This document shows, one piece after another, positions 24,501 through 36,184 of a stretch of DNA of 64,000 nucleotides. Source of the stretch: Paraspadella gotoi (lineage: Eukaryota; Animalia; Chaetognatha); assembly GCA_051294375.1 (NCBI GenBank), contig CM119267.1, positions 25,745,293 through 25,809,292 on the forward strand, read 5' to 3'. The position numbers and the translations under genes are program-made. The notes beneath the pieces are model-generated. The model saw only the letters and a list, made by a program, of their open reading frames with translations. It was not told where the DNA came from and searched no databases. Each line of letters opens with the position of its first letter. Positions within the stretch are counted from its first letter, which is position 1.

Positions 24501-27266
24501 TGATGGTGACTTGATTTACTTATCCTTCACCTCCTGTTTCATTCAGCCAATCCCATTGGCTCAGAGGGGAATGCACCATCCCAAGGGTTACATCCATAGT
24601 CTTAATGACTTCCCTCTGTGTTGGCAAAGCGAGACCATCCTAGGGTAACTGCGCCAGTGGCAGGCGGCGCCACTGAAGGTCAAAAGCCCATACGCATGAT
24701 GAGCGTCCATTTCGTCTATTGTCTTCTGATGCATTTGTAGAGGCACATAATACATATTTATTGGCAGGTTAAATAATAGGAACAGAGAGACGTTCAAGGT
24801 ACATGATATGAGATGAGACTAAACAGAGAGAGCGAGGCACTGATCAAGTAGAGAGAGAGTGTCAGTAACCTGCTTCCCTCGCAATGGCTAAACATAGTGG
24901 CCAACTCGGGTTGACCCCGTGGTGACGAAACCTTCGTCGCCACATCCCCGCCCCCCTCGAAAAGTCCAAAGGACTTGCTTCTTGATGGGTCGATGGGAGT
25001 GGATGAGGAACAAACGTTTGTCTTGTCCAGGTTGGTGGCACGTATCTCTTTTTCGCTTTTGGTTTGGAAAACGAAGTAATAAAAAGTTTTTTCATCATCA
25101 CACAATTCTATATCGCTTTCCCATTTTTCATAAAGTTAAGCTTGTTTGAAAGTTTTATTTCAAAATTGTAAGCGCCATTGTCGAAAACCATGTGCTCTAG
25201 GCCGGCTCCATCTTTGATGATTTTTAAAATTCCATCGTGAAGATTGTCTTCTTTGGTGACAAGCGACACCGAGGCCTTAAACAGTTCCATTTTGTTTCAG
25301 AAGGTATTTTAATCTTTGGCGTGTTCTCGTCGGGCTCACCAGTTATGTAGAGGCACATAATAAATATTTATTGGCAGGTTAAATAATAGGAACAGAGAGA
25401 CGTTCAAGGTACATGATATGAGATGAGACTAAACAGAGAGAGCGAGGCACTGATCAAGTAGAGAGAGTCAGTAACCTGCTTCCCTCGCAATGGCTAAACA
25501 TAGTGGCCAACTCGGGTTGACCCCGTGGTGACGAAACCTTCGTCGCCACACATCTCCTTTAAGACCGACTTCTTTGGCGCGCTGCTGCTCCGCTTCGATG
25601 ACAGCGGCGAGCTTCTTGACCAACTCTTCCCTACTCTCCTCGAGCACCTTGATGCGGCGCCTCAGCTCCTGGCACCGCTCCTCGTGCTCCAGCGAGCGGC
25701 GCTTGTCCTTCCGCTCCTGATAGTCCAGTGTCTCCTCCAACTCCATCTTGTAGCGGGTGATGAGGTGATCCACGCGTGTCTCGAGGTTCTTTTCCAATTC
25801 CAAAATAAATAAAATGAAATCAAAGACAAAAAGAGGACTGTGGCGATATATTTACACCGTTTCACATCCATTATCGTTCAGCCAATCCCATTGACTCAGA
25901 GGAGGAACACACCATCCTCTGCGTTAGCTAAGTGAGACCGTCGTAGGGTAACCGCGCCAGTGGCGCCAACAGTGATATGCCACATCCCAATGGGCATCAC
26001 ATGCAACCCGGCTGTTGGGATAAGTGGTGGGCCTTTCTTGAACACGCAACCTTCTCAGGGTATGCTACGACAAAAAACTATGCCCTGACGACTTTGGGTA
26101 CGCTACGACAAACGCCTATGTCCCTACCACGCTCTCTCTCTCCCACTATAGTAGCAGTCTTGTCAGACATTTCTCAGGCCTGGAGAACCTGAGTAATGTT
26201 TTGGCCCGGGGATCCGGTGGCAGTATATTCTCACCGCCTCAAATCCAGATTCATTCAGCCAATCATGTTGGCTCAGAAGGGGAATGCACCATCCCTAGCG
26301 TTTTGTTCCATCCACACTCCACAGTCCACAGCTCTAATGACTTCCCTCTGTGTTTGCAAAGAAATACCGTCCTAGGGTAACCGCGGCAGAGGCTGGCGGC
26401 ACCACTGAGGGTCGGAAGCCCATAAAGCCAACAGTCAGATGCCCCATCTCAATGGGCATCACAGGCAACCCGGCTGTTGCTATAAAGGTTTTGGATGTAG
26501 CGTGCTCTTTCACTAAGACGTAGCCATTGTGTCGCCAAGTCCTCGAATTATCTCCAATAAATATGTACCTTTCTAAAAGCGGAAACGTAAAATTTTTACT
26601 CGCGATTAAGTGAACCTTTATGGCAACGGGAGGATAGCCTGTGATACCCGGGGCGCGGGGTATCTCACCAACTGGCGTAGGGGCTGCGGACCCTCAGTGA
26701 CCGCCTCCTGTCACTGGCATGTTTATACCGGCACCGTCACATTTAAGCCAGAACCGGGATACCCAGGGATTGAACCCGGGACGCACGGATGGAATGAGAT
26801 GATTTAGCCTGCTCAGCCATTGAGACGAGGCTGAGGACGGACAGCAGTGAGGCAGCTTTAAAGTCTTGCTGCCACACCTTTCTATTTTTCTTGATGAGAA
26901 AGAATTACAGTTGATAATAATAATACAATACAATTAATATTCTCTCTTATCCCTCCGATCGCGCGATTTCTTTTCCCTACAAAAGGCGTCTACCTCCTTT
27001 GGGAAGAGGAACAAGGAGTCCCTCGCTTTCGCCGCAGCGTCTTCTTCCGATTGGAGCGCGGCGAGATCGACACCCTCCCGCCGCCGATGGCGCGAGAGGG
27101 CAAGTCGCTTTGGCTGCTGGACTTCGAGTGGTTCGGCCGCAAGGTTCGTCGCCACATCAATGACGAGGAGTTGCGGCGGGAGAGGCACCTCATTCTCCAC
27201 ATCCACGGACTCGCCGAGGAGATCGAAAGGGTGTGCCGCAACAAAGGCGTCAACGCGACTGGATGA
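21515..27266 (+). CDS. BLVRA: Biliverdin reductase A-like (Gfo/Idh/MocA family); exons about 21515-21713, 21835-21986, 22288-22450, 24186-24311 and 26986-27266
   Basis: Rossmann motif VVGLGSAGSGR, GKHVIIEYP, KGVILHVENISLL, GFFSFQGLSRLWTLVDIFGDL and C-terminal ERHLILHIHGLAEEIERVC, all collinear with recalled vertebrate BLVRA motifs. Confidence 0.8.
22925..23945 (+). mobile_element. HINE-B full-length copy
   Basis: 5' ATCGTCGCAATCGC..TTGCGACGAT hairpin, (GTC)n, internal (CT)n, 3' GCGATTGCGACGAT plus CTTATGCTTTTAAG stem-loop. Flanked by T-runs. Confidence 0.75.
24538..24692 (+). repeat. Structured SINE-like interspersed repeat (other copies about 25870-26020, 26250-26480 and 53020-53212)
   Basis: Shared TTCAGCCAATCCCATTGGCTCAGAGGGG..CTAATGACTTCCCTCTG..CCTAGGGTAAC.GCGCCAGTG in four copies. 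Confidence 0.7.
24694..25803 (-). pseudogene. Coiled-coil protein gene fragment interrupted by TRIM 1
   Basis: LEKNLETRVDHL...QQRAKEVGLKEM (25803-25551) continues in frame as HQKTIDEMDAHHA (about 24732-24694) once the TRIM and TSD are removed. GC-rich, exon-like codon usage. Confidence 0.55.
24736..25550 (-). mobile_element. Miniature LTR retrotransposon (TRIM 1)
   Basis: Near-identical TG..CA LTRs at 24736-24944 and 25346-25550. Minus-strand PBS TGGTGAGCCCGACG (25328-25341), PPT GAGGGGGGCGGGGA next to the 3' LTR, 400-bp interior, and flanks CATT/CATC (imperfect 4-bp TSD). Confidence 0.9.
26640..26828 (-). mobile_element. tRNA-derived SINE fragment
   Basis: Minus strand has A box TGGCTGAGCAGG and B box GGGTTCAATCCC at tRNA-like spacing, followed by CCAGTGACAGGAGGCGGTCACTGAGGGTC, which is shared with the 24538 repeat family. 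Confidence 0.65.
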
Positions 27267-27964
27267 CCTCGTCCGAGAAGTAGCATTCCCGTCCCCACTT
27301 TTTTAAATATTTCTTTTTGCACACTTTTCCATTTCTCTTTCCCTTCATTTTCTCATCCCGCGTTTTTTTTCTTTTTTCCTAATCTTTTACAGAGGAAGTG
27401 CCCCAATACGAAATTATCCTACCTCGGCGTTTTTCGCTTGTTTTTTCGAATCTCCGGCCGCCGAAATGTTATAATTATGATTATTATATTTATCGATTTT
27501 CGTTGTCTCGCCACGACATCTGCCCAATTCTCAAGCTAATGTTTTATGCCATTTGATCCGCCGAAGTCGATAAACGATTCTCGCATGGATTAGGTTAGTA
27601 AAATTGGTACAACCAATGTTAAAAAAAATAAAAATAAAAATACCGTCTTAACTTTACGAAAGCTTTTACCAAAGTATGACAATCAAGCCTTGATATTTTT
27701 ATTACTAAATAAATTAGTGGATTTTTCTCCATAGACTGTCGAAAAACCCTTGAATGTCGTAATAGCAACGCACGTCTTCATAAAAAATTAAAATAGAGCA
27801 AAGTTTTATTCCGTTTTAGATTTAGAATCTTCACCAATGTCCGCAATATTTGTTGTTCGATTTAAGTCGAAAAAAACTTTGTTTGCAACATTGTTCGTTT
27901 TCTTTAGCTTAACGAATACTAAGTAATTTAAAATATATTTTCTCATTGATAGCTAAAAAGGTAT

Positions 27965-28620
27965 TATGGTGGACTAAAATCCACCAACCGTTCATCAATC
28001 AGCGGCCATTGGTGCCGGAGGCAAGTCATTCGCCTCCCAACCCAAAGGTCCGGGGTTCTAGCCCGGTTGTCGCCTGGCAGTTAAGAGGGACGGGGCGCTT
28101 AACCCGCCTGTAACACGGTGTTGCAGCCTGATCCGAAGCTCAGGGACTGTTTATATTGAACGGTTCTGTCACTAACTCATAACAATTATCACTGTCTCTT
28201 CATTGGTGAGCCCGACTTCCGAACACAACAGCAACAACGACACTTTCAGGCGACATGCCTCAACCTGGCGATGCACTTTCCGCCCGCAACACATCAGGCG
28301 ACATGCCTCAACTTGGTGACGAATTTTGCACCAACAACAATAATTCACTGAAGAGACGCAACAGACTTCTCCCTACGGGAGGGGGGGATGTATGGTGACT
28401 AAAATCCACCAACCGTACATCAGCGGCCATTGGTGCCAGAGGCAAGTCATTTACCTCCCAACCCAAAGCTCCGGGGTCAGCCGGTGCGCCTGGCAGTTAA
28501 GAGGGAGGGGCGCTTAACCCGCCTGTAACACGGTGTTACAGCCTGATCCGAAGCTGGTCCGGGACTGCTTATATTGAACGGTTCTGTCACTAACTCATAA
28601 CAATTATCACTGTCTCTTCA
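27965..28620 (+). mobile_element. TRIM 2 with a tRNA-like sequence in each LTR (Helenus/Cassandra-like Pol III TRIM)
   Basis: LTRs at 27965-28202 and 28389-28620, PBS TGGTGAGCCCGAC at 28204-28216, PPT GGGAGGGGGGGA before LTR2, perfect 4-bp TSD GTAT (27961-27964 and 28621-28624), and a 72-nt tRNA-like unit at 28002-28073. Confidence 0.88.
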
Positions 28621-31600
28621 GTATATACATCCGACTTGATTAATGATACATCTTGCAAGTTGAAAACTCAAAAACAAAATCTTCGCTTTCTGACTGACAA
28701 CTTAAATTCGACTGAATCTCGTTCCATTCCTCCTTTTAATAGATGCACATAGAAGCAGGAACCCGGTTAGAGACTGTAGAGGAGTAAACACTAAACGCCC
28801 TCTACAAAGCCGAGGGGCCGAGGACTTTAGGGGGACCGTGAAAAAAAATTTATATGAAAATATTACATGTATAAGGAAATAAAAGCTTTTAATTTGGTAA
28901 AATATGTTTTTACTTATAGATATGAAATCTTAAAATACAACCCTAATACACGGTTCCTTTTTACATCGATTTCATCGGCATGGAGTGCACAAGAATGAGA
29001 GTCCCGGGATACGTTTCCGGACCTTTGGGCTACACAAAAAAAGGGTAATCAAATTTTTCCTAATGACAGTTTTTTTATAAATTAATATTAAAATTAGCTA
29101 TATAAAATCATTAAAGTAGAATAAAAAAAATTTAAAAATGGTTTAAATTTTTTTAAAAAATGAAAATATCATGCATCATCCATAATCTATGAACAATTTC
29201 TTTCGTTTGAGTCCATAACCATTATTCTATCTTTAATAGTTTATTTGTAATTAATTTTTCTTTATTAAAATATTATTTTAATTTTTTTTTCAAATAATTT
29301 AAATTAAAAAAAATTATAACTATGCCAAATGATTGAAGAAAAATTTTATATTATAAGGGACTTACCTACCTAATATAGGCCTTCAAATACATATATAGTA
29401 AGTTTATTATGATGATGTTTTGACATAGAAAATAAATAATTTATAAAATTAAATATATGAAAAAAATTTAAACTTTGAATTTTTTTTAGCATAATAAACA
29501 TAATTATTAATTAATTGTTCATGATGCTTTTAATAGCTACTGGTCAGTTGTATCATTCTCAATTATAATAATTTTATAACTTTTTCTATTTTTAATAATA
29601 CTGACTGCTATATTTACTTACTTTGACAAAATCCAAAAATTACTGTATTAAAAATTATGTATGAAAACAGACGAAAACGTTTTTTTAAATCACATGCTAT
29701 TTAATTGTTTGAACTGATATAATATTATCTTTGGACAAAATTTAAAAAGTTTTAAACATCCCAACTAGACATTTTTAAGGTTGTCAAATGTATAAATATT
29801 TGATATTCGGACTGCTTTGTAGGTTTAAATTAATTCAGTAACATCTTTTAATATGACAGAAAAGCAGTATATTTAACAGTTTTTTTATTTGGAGTGGGCA
29901 TCAAAGTTCTAATACATATTAACATCAGTATATTTGTTAAGTATAGTAGATTCCTCTATAGATTTTTTAATTTTTGAAAACATTTTACTTTTTTTTCTAT
30001 AATTTTTTTGACACGAAAAACGTTTTTTGATTACGCGAAAGAGAATGTAAAAAATTAAAAATAAATAATACCAATAGTAGAGTTATGTCTAGAATAGATG
30101 AAAAAAAAACCTTGTTTAAAAATTTGATCGGGAAGTGGGGTAACTAAGGCTTACCAACGGTATCCTCCATGCTGATTGTTCTCTCAATTAATTTTTTTAA
30201 TTTAATACTTTTGAAAGGGAAAAGAAGAAAATTCAGAATGCAGGTGGCATAAAGGGTAGAGAAAATCTGTACATAGTGACATGATAATAATGACCTTTTA
30301 TGTCTTGCGTAATGGGTGCAGTAAAGAAACCTTAAAAAATGCAATCATTAAGTCAGTCAATGAACCCTTTTTGCGAATTTTTTTTTCTTAATTAAAATGG
30401 ATGATAAATAATAGAATTAAATTCCCTTTAATAAAGGTTGTTATATTTAAAAGAAAATTAGCAATACATTTCAACACAATGAAGTCTTGCTTTGTCAAAT
30501 ATGTCAGCAGTTAAGTAATTTTTTAAATTTTATTATGATAAACAAGCATTATATCAAGCTTTTTCTTTGCAGTTGAAGATAATGAAAAATGATTATTTTT
30601 TTTTCACAGACAAGAAGGTAGACGTCTAGACTGTTTATATCAAGCTGAAAACATTTTATTATTTATCATTTTTCATATTTAAAAAAACATTTTATCAAGC
30701 TACTACGAATTTTTGCTTGTTTTTTACTTTAACTAAAAAATACAAGCAAATTATAAAGTAAGANNNNNNNNNNNNNNNNNNNNNNNNNACCCGCCTGTAA
30801 CACGGTGTTACAGCCTGATCCGAAGCTGGTCCGGGACTGCTTATATTGAACGGTTCTGTCACTAACTCATAACAATTATCACTGTCTCTTCAGTATATAC
30901 ATCCGACTTGATTAATGATACATCTTGCAAGTTGAAAACTCAAAAACAAAATCTTCGCTTTCTGACTGACAACTTAAATTCCGACTTGAATCTCGTTCCA
31001 TTCCTCCTTTTTAATAGATGCACATAGAAGCAGGAACCCGGTAGAGACTGTAGAGGAGTAAACACTAAACGCCCTCTACAAAGCCGAGGGGCCGAGGACT
31101 TTAGGGGGGACCGTGAAAAAAAATTTATATGAAAATATTACATGTATAAGAGAAATAAAAGCTTTTAATTTGGTAAAATATGTTTTTACTTATAGATATG
31201 AAATCTTAAAATACAACCCTAATACACGGTTCCTTTTTACATCGATTTCATCGGCATGGAGTGCACAAGAATGAGATGTCCCGGGATACGTTTCCGGACC
31301 TTTGGGCTACACAAAAAAAGGGTAATCAAATTTTTCCTAATGAACAGTTTTTTTATAAATTAATATTAAAATTAGCTATATAAAATCATTAAAGTAGAAT
31401 AAAAAAAATTTAAAAATGGTTATAAATTTTTTTAAAAAATGAAAATATCATGCATCATCCATAATCTATGAACAATTTTCTTTCGTTTGAGTCCATAACC
31501 ATTATTCTATCTTTAATAGTTTATTTGTAATTAATTTTCTTTATTAAAATATTATTTTAATTTTTTTTCAAATAATTTAAATTAAAAAAAATTATAACTA

Positions 31601-33047
31601 TGCCAAATGATTGAAGAAAATTTTATATTATAAGGGACTTACCTACCTAATATAGGCCTTCAAATACATATGTAGTAAGTTTATTATGATGATGTTTTGA
31701 CATAGAAAATAAATAATTTATAAAATTAAATATATGAAAAAATTTAAACTTTGAATTTTTTTTTAGCATAATAAACATAATTATTAATTAATTGTTCATG
31801 ATGCTTTTAATAGCTACTGGTCAGTTGTATCATTCTCAATTATAATAATTTTATAACTTTTTCTATTTTTAATAATACTGACTGCTATAATTACTTACTT
31901 TGACAAAATCCAAAAATTACTGGTATTAAAAATTATGTATGAAAACAGACGAAAACGTTTTTTTAAATCACATGCTATTTAATTGTTTGAACTGATATAA
32001 TATTATCTTTGGACAAAATTTAAAAAGTTTTAAACAATCCCAACTAGACATTTTTAAGGTTGTCAAATGTATAAATATTTGATATTCGGACTGCTTTGTA
32101 GGTTTTAAATTAATTCAGTAACATCTTTTAATATGACAGAAAAGCAGTATATTTAACAGTTTTTTTATTTGGAGTGGGCATCAAAGTTCTAATACATATT
32201 AACATCAGTATATTTGTTAAGTATAGTAGATTCCTCTATAGATTTTTTAATTTTTGAAAACATTTTACTTTTTTTTTCTATAATTTTTTTGACACGAAAA
32301 ACGTTTTTTTTGATTACGCGAAAGAGAATGTAAAAAATTAAAAATAAATAATACCAATAGTTAGAGTTATGTCTAGAATAGATGAAAAAAAAACCTTGTT
32401 TAAAAATTTGATCGGGAAGTGGGGTAACTAAGGCTTACCAACGGTATCCTCCATGCTGATTGTTCTCTCAATTAATTTTTTTAATTTAATACTTTTGAAA
32501 GGGAAAGAAGAAAATTCAGAATGCAGGTGGCATAAAGGGTAGAGAAAATCTGTACATAGTGACATGATAATAATGACCTTTTATGTCTTGCGTAATGGGT
32601 GCAGTAAAGAAACCTTAAAAAATGCAATCATTAAGTCAGTCAATTAACCCTTTTTGCGAATTTTTTTTTCTTAATTAAAATGGATGATAAATAATAGAAT
32701 TAAATTCCCTTTAATAAAGGTTGTTATATTTAAAAGAAAATTAGCAATACATTTCAACACAATGAAGTCTTGCTTTGTCAAATATGTCAGCAGTTAAGTA
32801 ATTTTTTAAATTTTATTATGATAAACAAGCATTATATCAAGCTTTTTCTTTGCAGTTGAAGATAATGAAAAATGATTATTTTTTTTTCACAGACAAGAAG
32901 GTAGACGTCTAGACTGTTTATATCAAGCTGAAAACATTTTATTATTTATCATTTTTCATATTTAAAAAAACATTTTATCAAGCTACTACGAATTTTTTGC
33001 TTGTTTTTTACTTTAACTAAAAAATACAAGCAAATTTATAAAGTAGA
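28517..33047. other. Direct duplication of about 2.25 kb across an assembly gap (28517-30763 repeated at 30789-about 33047; 25 N at 30764-30788)
   Basis: The copies differ mainly by single-base indels, and the junction is exactly the N gap. Confidence 0.85.
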
Positions 33048-34181
33048 GAAATTTAATGATAATTAAAATGTAATTCAGACTTTCCTCTTTCAATTTACTA
33101 AAGAAAAACAAAAAATTTCATATGCCTTCATTGAAATTTGTAATGCAAAAAACTGTTATACTTTTAACTCGTATTTAAATAAAAACTGTGTAAAGATTTA
33201 TGGATAAAATTTAACAAAACGTTTCTAGAAATGTGTCCCATGATTAGGGCTTTAATTTGATACCACACCCACCTTGCTCCCTCTTTTTTTCAAAAGATAT
33301 TCAAGAAAATAACTTTTTTTATTACTTTTTTGCATCTTGCAGTTTTTTTTAAACAACCTAACTTTTGGCCTTAAAAATGTCTAGTTGGGATTGTTTAAAA
33401 CTTTTTAAATTTTGTCCAAGGATAATATAATATCACTCCACAAAATTAAATAGCATCTGATTTAAAAAAAAGTTTTCGTCTGTTTCATACATAATTTTTA
33501 ATATCAGTAATTTTTAGATTTGGTCAAAAGTAAGTAAATATAGCAGTCAGTATTACTAAAAATAAAAGAAGTTATCAAATTATTATAATTGAAAATAATA
33601 CAACTGACCAGTAGCTATTAAAAGCATCATGAACAATTAATTAAAAATTATGTTTATTATGCTAAAAAAAAATTCAAAGTTATAAATTTTTTCATATATT
33701 TAATTATTTAAATTATTTATTTTCTATATCAAAACATAATCATAATAAACTTACTATATATGTATTTGAAAGCCTATATTAGGTAGGTAAGTCCCTTATA
33801 ATATAAAATTTTTCTTCAATCATTTGGCATAGTTATAATTTTTTTTAATTTAAAATAATATTTTAATAAGAAAAATTAATTACAAATAAACTATTAAAGA
33901 TAGAATAATGGTTATGGACTCAAACGAAAGAAAATTGTTCATAGATTATGGATGATGCATGATATTTTCATTTTTAAAAAAATTTAAACCATTTTTAAAT
34001 TTTTTTTATTCTACTTTATTGATTTTATATAGCAAATTTTAATATTAATTTATAAAAAAACTGTCATTAGGAAAAATTTGATTACCCTTTTTTTGTGTAG
34101 CCCAAAGGTCCGGAAACGTATCCCGGGACATCTCATTCTTGTGCACTCCATGCCGATTAAATCGATGTAAAAGGAACCGTG
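31225..34181. mobile_element. Non-autonomous DNA transposon with TIRs of about 0.82 kb
   Basis: 31225-32059 is the reverse complement of 33369-34181 (termini CACGGTTCCTTTT / AAAAGGAACCGTG). TA precedes the left end. No ORF. Confidence 0.85.
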
Positions 34182-35359
34182 AATAATAAGACAATAATGT
34201 GCGATTTTTAGTGGGTTTTGGTTTGGGTTTTGCTTTCAGGGGGCCCCTGGGCCTGCAAAAAAAAATATTGCAAGGGCCAGCCTTTTCTCTACACGCCACT
34301 GCGTCTTAATTTGGAAAGGGCCATTATCAAGACGTCGTCGTCGTTGGCGGCGTTTACGTTATGAAATTGTACAACCAATATAAAATTATCCATTTTTTTA
34401 ATAAACAAGCTATCTTGCCCCTGACTTTGGACAGGCATTGGTGGTTTAAGGCATCCATCTCTCTTACAAGATAATGACATAGCAGATCCCTGCAAGCTTT
34501 CAATCAAGACTCTCACACAGTCTTGTTTATTCACTCCCAGAGTACCTGGCTTTCCTATCAATGAAGTGGTATGTTTCAAAGAATGTTTCAATTGTATGAA
34601 AAGACCACTCCCTTAAGTATTAGATCGGGGAAAACTAAATTGTACTCCGCCCAGCATCAAAATACAAGGAGCTGAATTTTATGAATTGGTACAACCAATA
34701 TAAAAATTATTCATTCATTTGTGTCATTTATGTCAATGTCAAATTAACGGAACACTAATACTTAATAGGATCCAAAATTGTAGTTTTTCATCTGTCGAAT
34801 TTCTCGTAATTAAGTTCAAGTCGAGAGATTGCGAGGTTTTCGTGTGATTCAGGATATCTTAGTAGAAATAATAAAACTCTGTCACGCAATTCTTGGTTTA
34901 CATAGTTTGAAAAAAAGTTGTTTTGCATCGCACAACTTCAATCGATTAAATCAAGAATAATGATAAGGCTTCCCAGTTTCGAATATCATCTCGCGATATG
35001 AAATATTAATCTCGTGATATCTCTTTTTCAATCTCGCCATATTCTTCTTTCGGTCTCGCGGTTCTCGGCCCACTTTAGATTTCGCTCCGATTGGCCCCCG
35101 GTACAACTCTTTGCCTGCCGCGTCTTCTGCGGCTTTTCCCTGCCGTTTTTCCCTGCTCCTTCGAAACAAACTTTCAAGTTGAAAAATTAAGGGAAGGAAA
35201 AGTTCTACTCGCCCCGAGAGGAATTCGAGTAAAAAAAGAGTGGGCGTTCATTTTTTTCCCTCATTTTCAAGAAAAATGTTTTTCATCGAAAATCGAAGAA
35301 AAGAAAACAGAGCAAACAAATAATTGCGGGAATGGTTGCAAAAATATCTTATGTCAACA

Positions 35360-35720
35360 ATAAACGTGAACAAAAAAGAAAAGCAACTCTGTCCACATGA
35401 GACGGCAACTCAATCACGGGACTTCGGGAAGCAAGCAGGTCCCCGTTCTCGCGCTGAAGGCAGACAGAAAGTCTCTCAAAAAAGTGCTTTGACGTTTTGA
35501 CGATATCTAAGCCTGCATTCGTTGCTTGGAGTTTGGTGAAGTCTTTTAGGTTTGAGAAAGCATCCAGGTCCCACCCCCCGAAGGTAGTGACGACCAAAGA
35601 GATGAAGTCAACGTCGGCCGGCAGTTTGCCTTCATACTTAGCTCGTTCCAGGGCATATGAGGGGTTGAGGATGGGATGACCAAAACAGAAGGATCTGTTT
35701 TTTTAACTCACACGATCCAA
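35360..35720 (-). mobile_element. 3' fragment of a CRE-like non-LTR retrotransposon (restriction-like endonuclease C-terminus)
   Basis: Translates to AKYEGKLPADVDFISLVVTTFGGWDLDAFSNLK...FFERLSVCLQRENGDLL, resembling the K..KY..F.P...ET.GGW ... RLS..LQR.N motif of RLE-bearing elements. Confidence 0.65.
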
Positions 35721-36184
35721 CAAGTCTGGGTGAACTCGAGCGACTGAGGAGTGAGGAAGATTTGATTCAGATCCGGGTTCGCCTGCACTGGAGAGTGGAG
35801 AGTGGAAATGCTCTTTACGAAGGGGGATTCCCGCCTTCCCAATTCAACTTTTTTCTTAAAATAAACTTAAATAGTTTGTAGTCCATCGATTTTTTTTTAA
35901 ATGCTCATTGCTCAATTGCTCATTCGTTTCGATAAAAAAAAAATTTAGAGAAAAAAAAAGATTTGTTTTTGTTTAAAAGATTTGAAGAGACAGGATGTGA
36001 TGAGGACGACGAAAAGAGGTGAATTATCCTCGAACGACTTTCGACAGGATTCTCGCCTCTTTATCGACCATGTCTCCGTCCTGAGAAAGACTTGGGTCAA
36101 ACTCCCGATCTCCTAAATTGAGATTATAAACAAATTTAACAATCGTATTTATTCAACGAGCAAACAATAAACAATAATCGAGAA

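Noticed and set aside
28002-28073. Possible functional tRNA gene
   Set aside because: The anticodon and D stems pair poorly, and the unit is part of an LTR with a degraded twin in the second LTR.
28517-33047. Apparent 2.25-kb tandem segmental duplication, including a third partial LTR of TRIM 2
   Set aside because: The junction coincides with a 25-N gap and the differences are mostly single-base indels, typical of unmerged overlapping contig ends.
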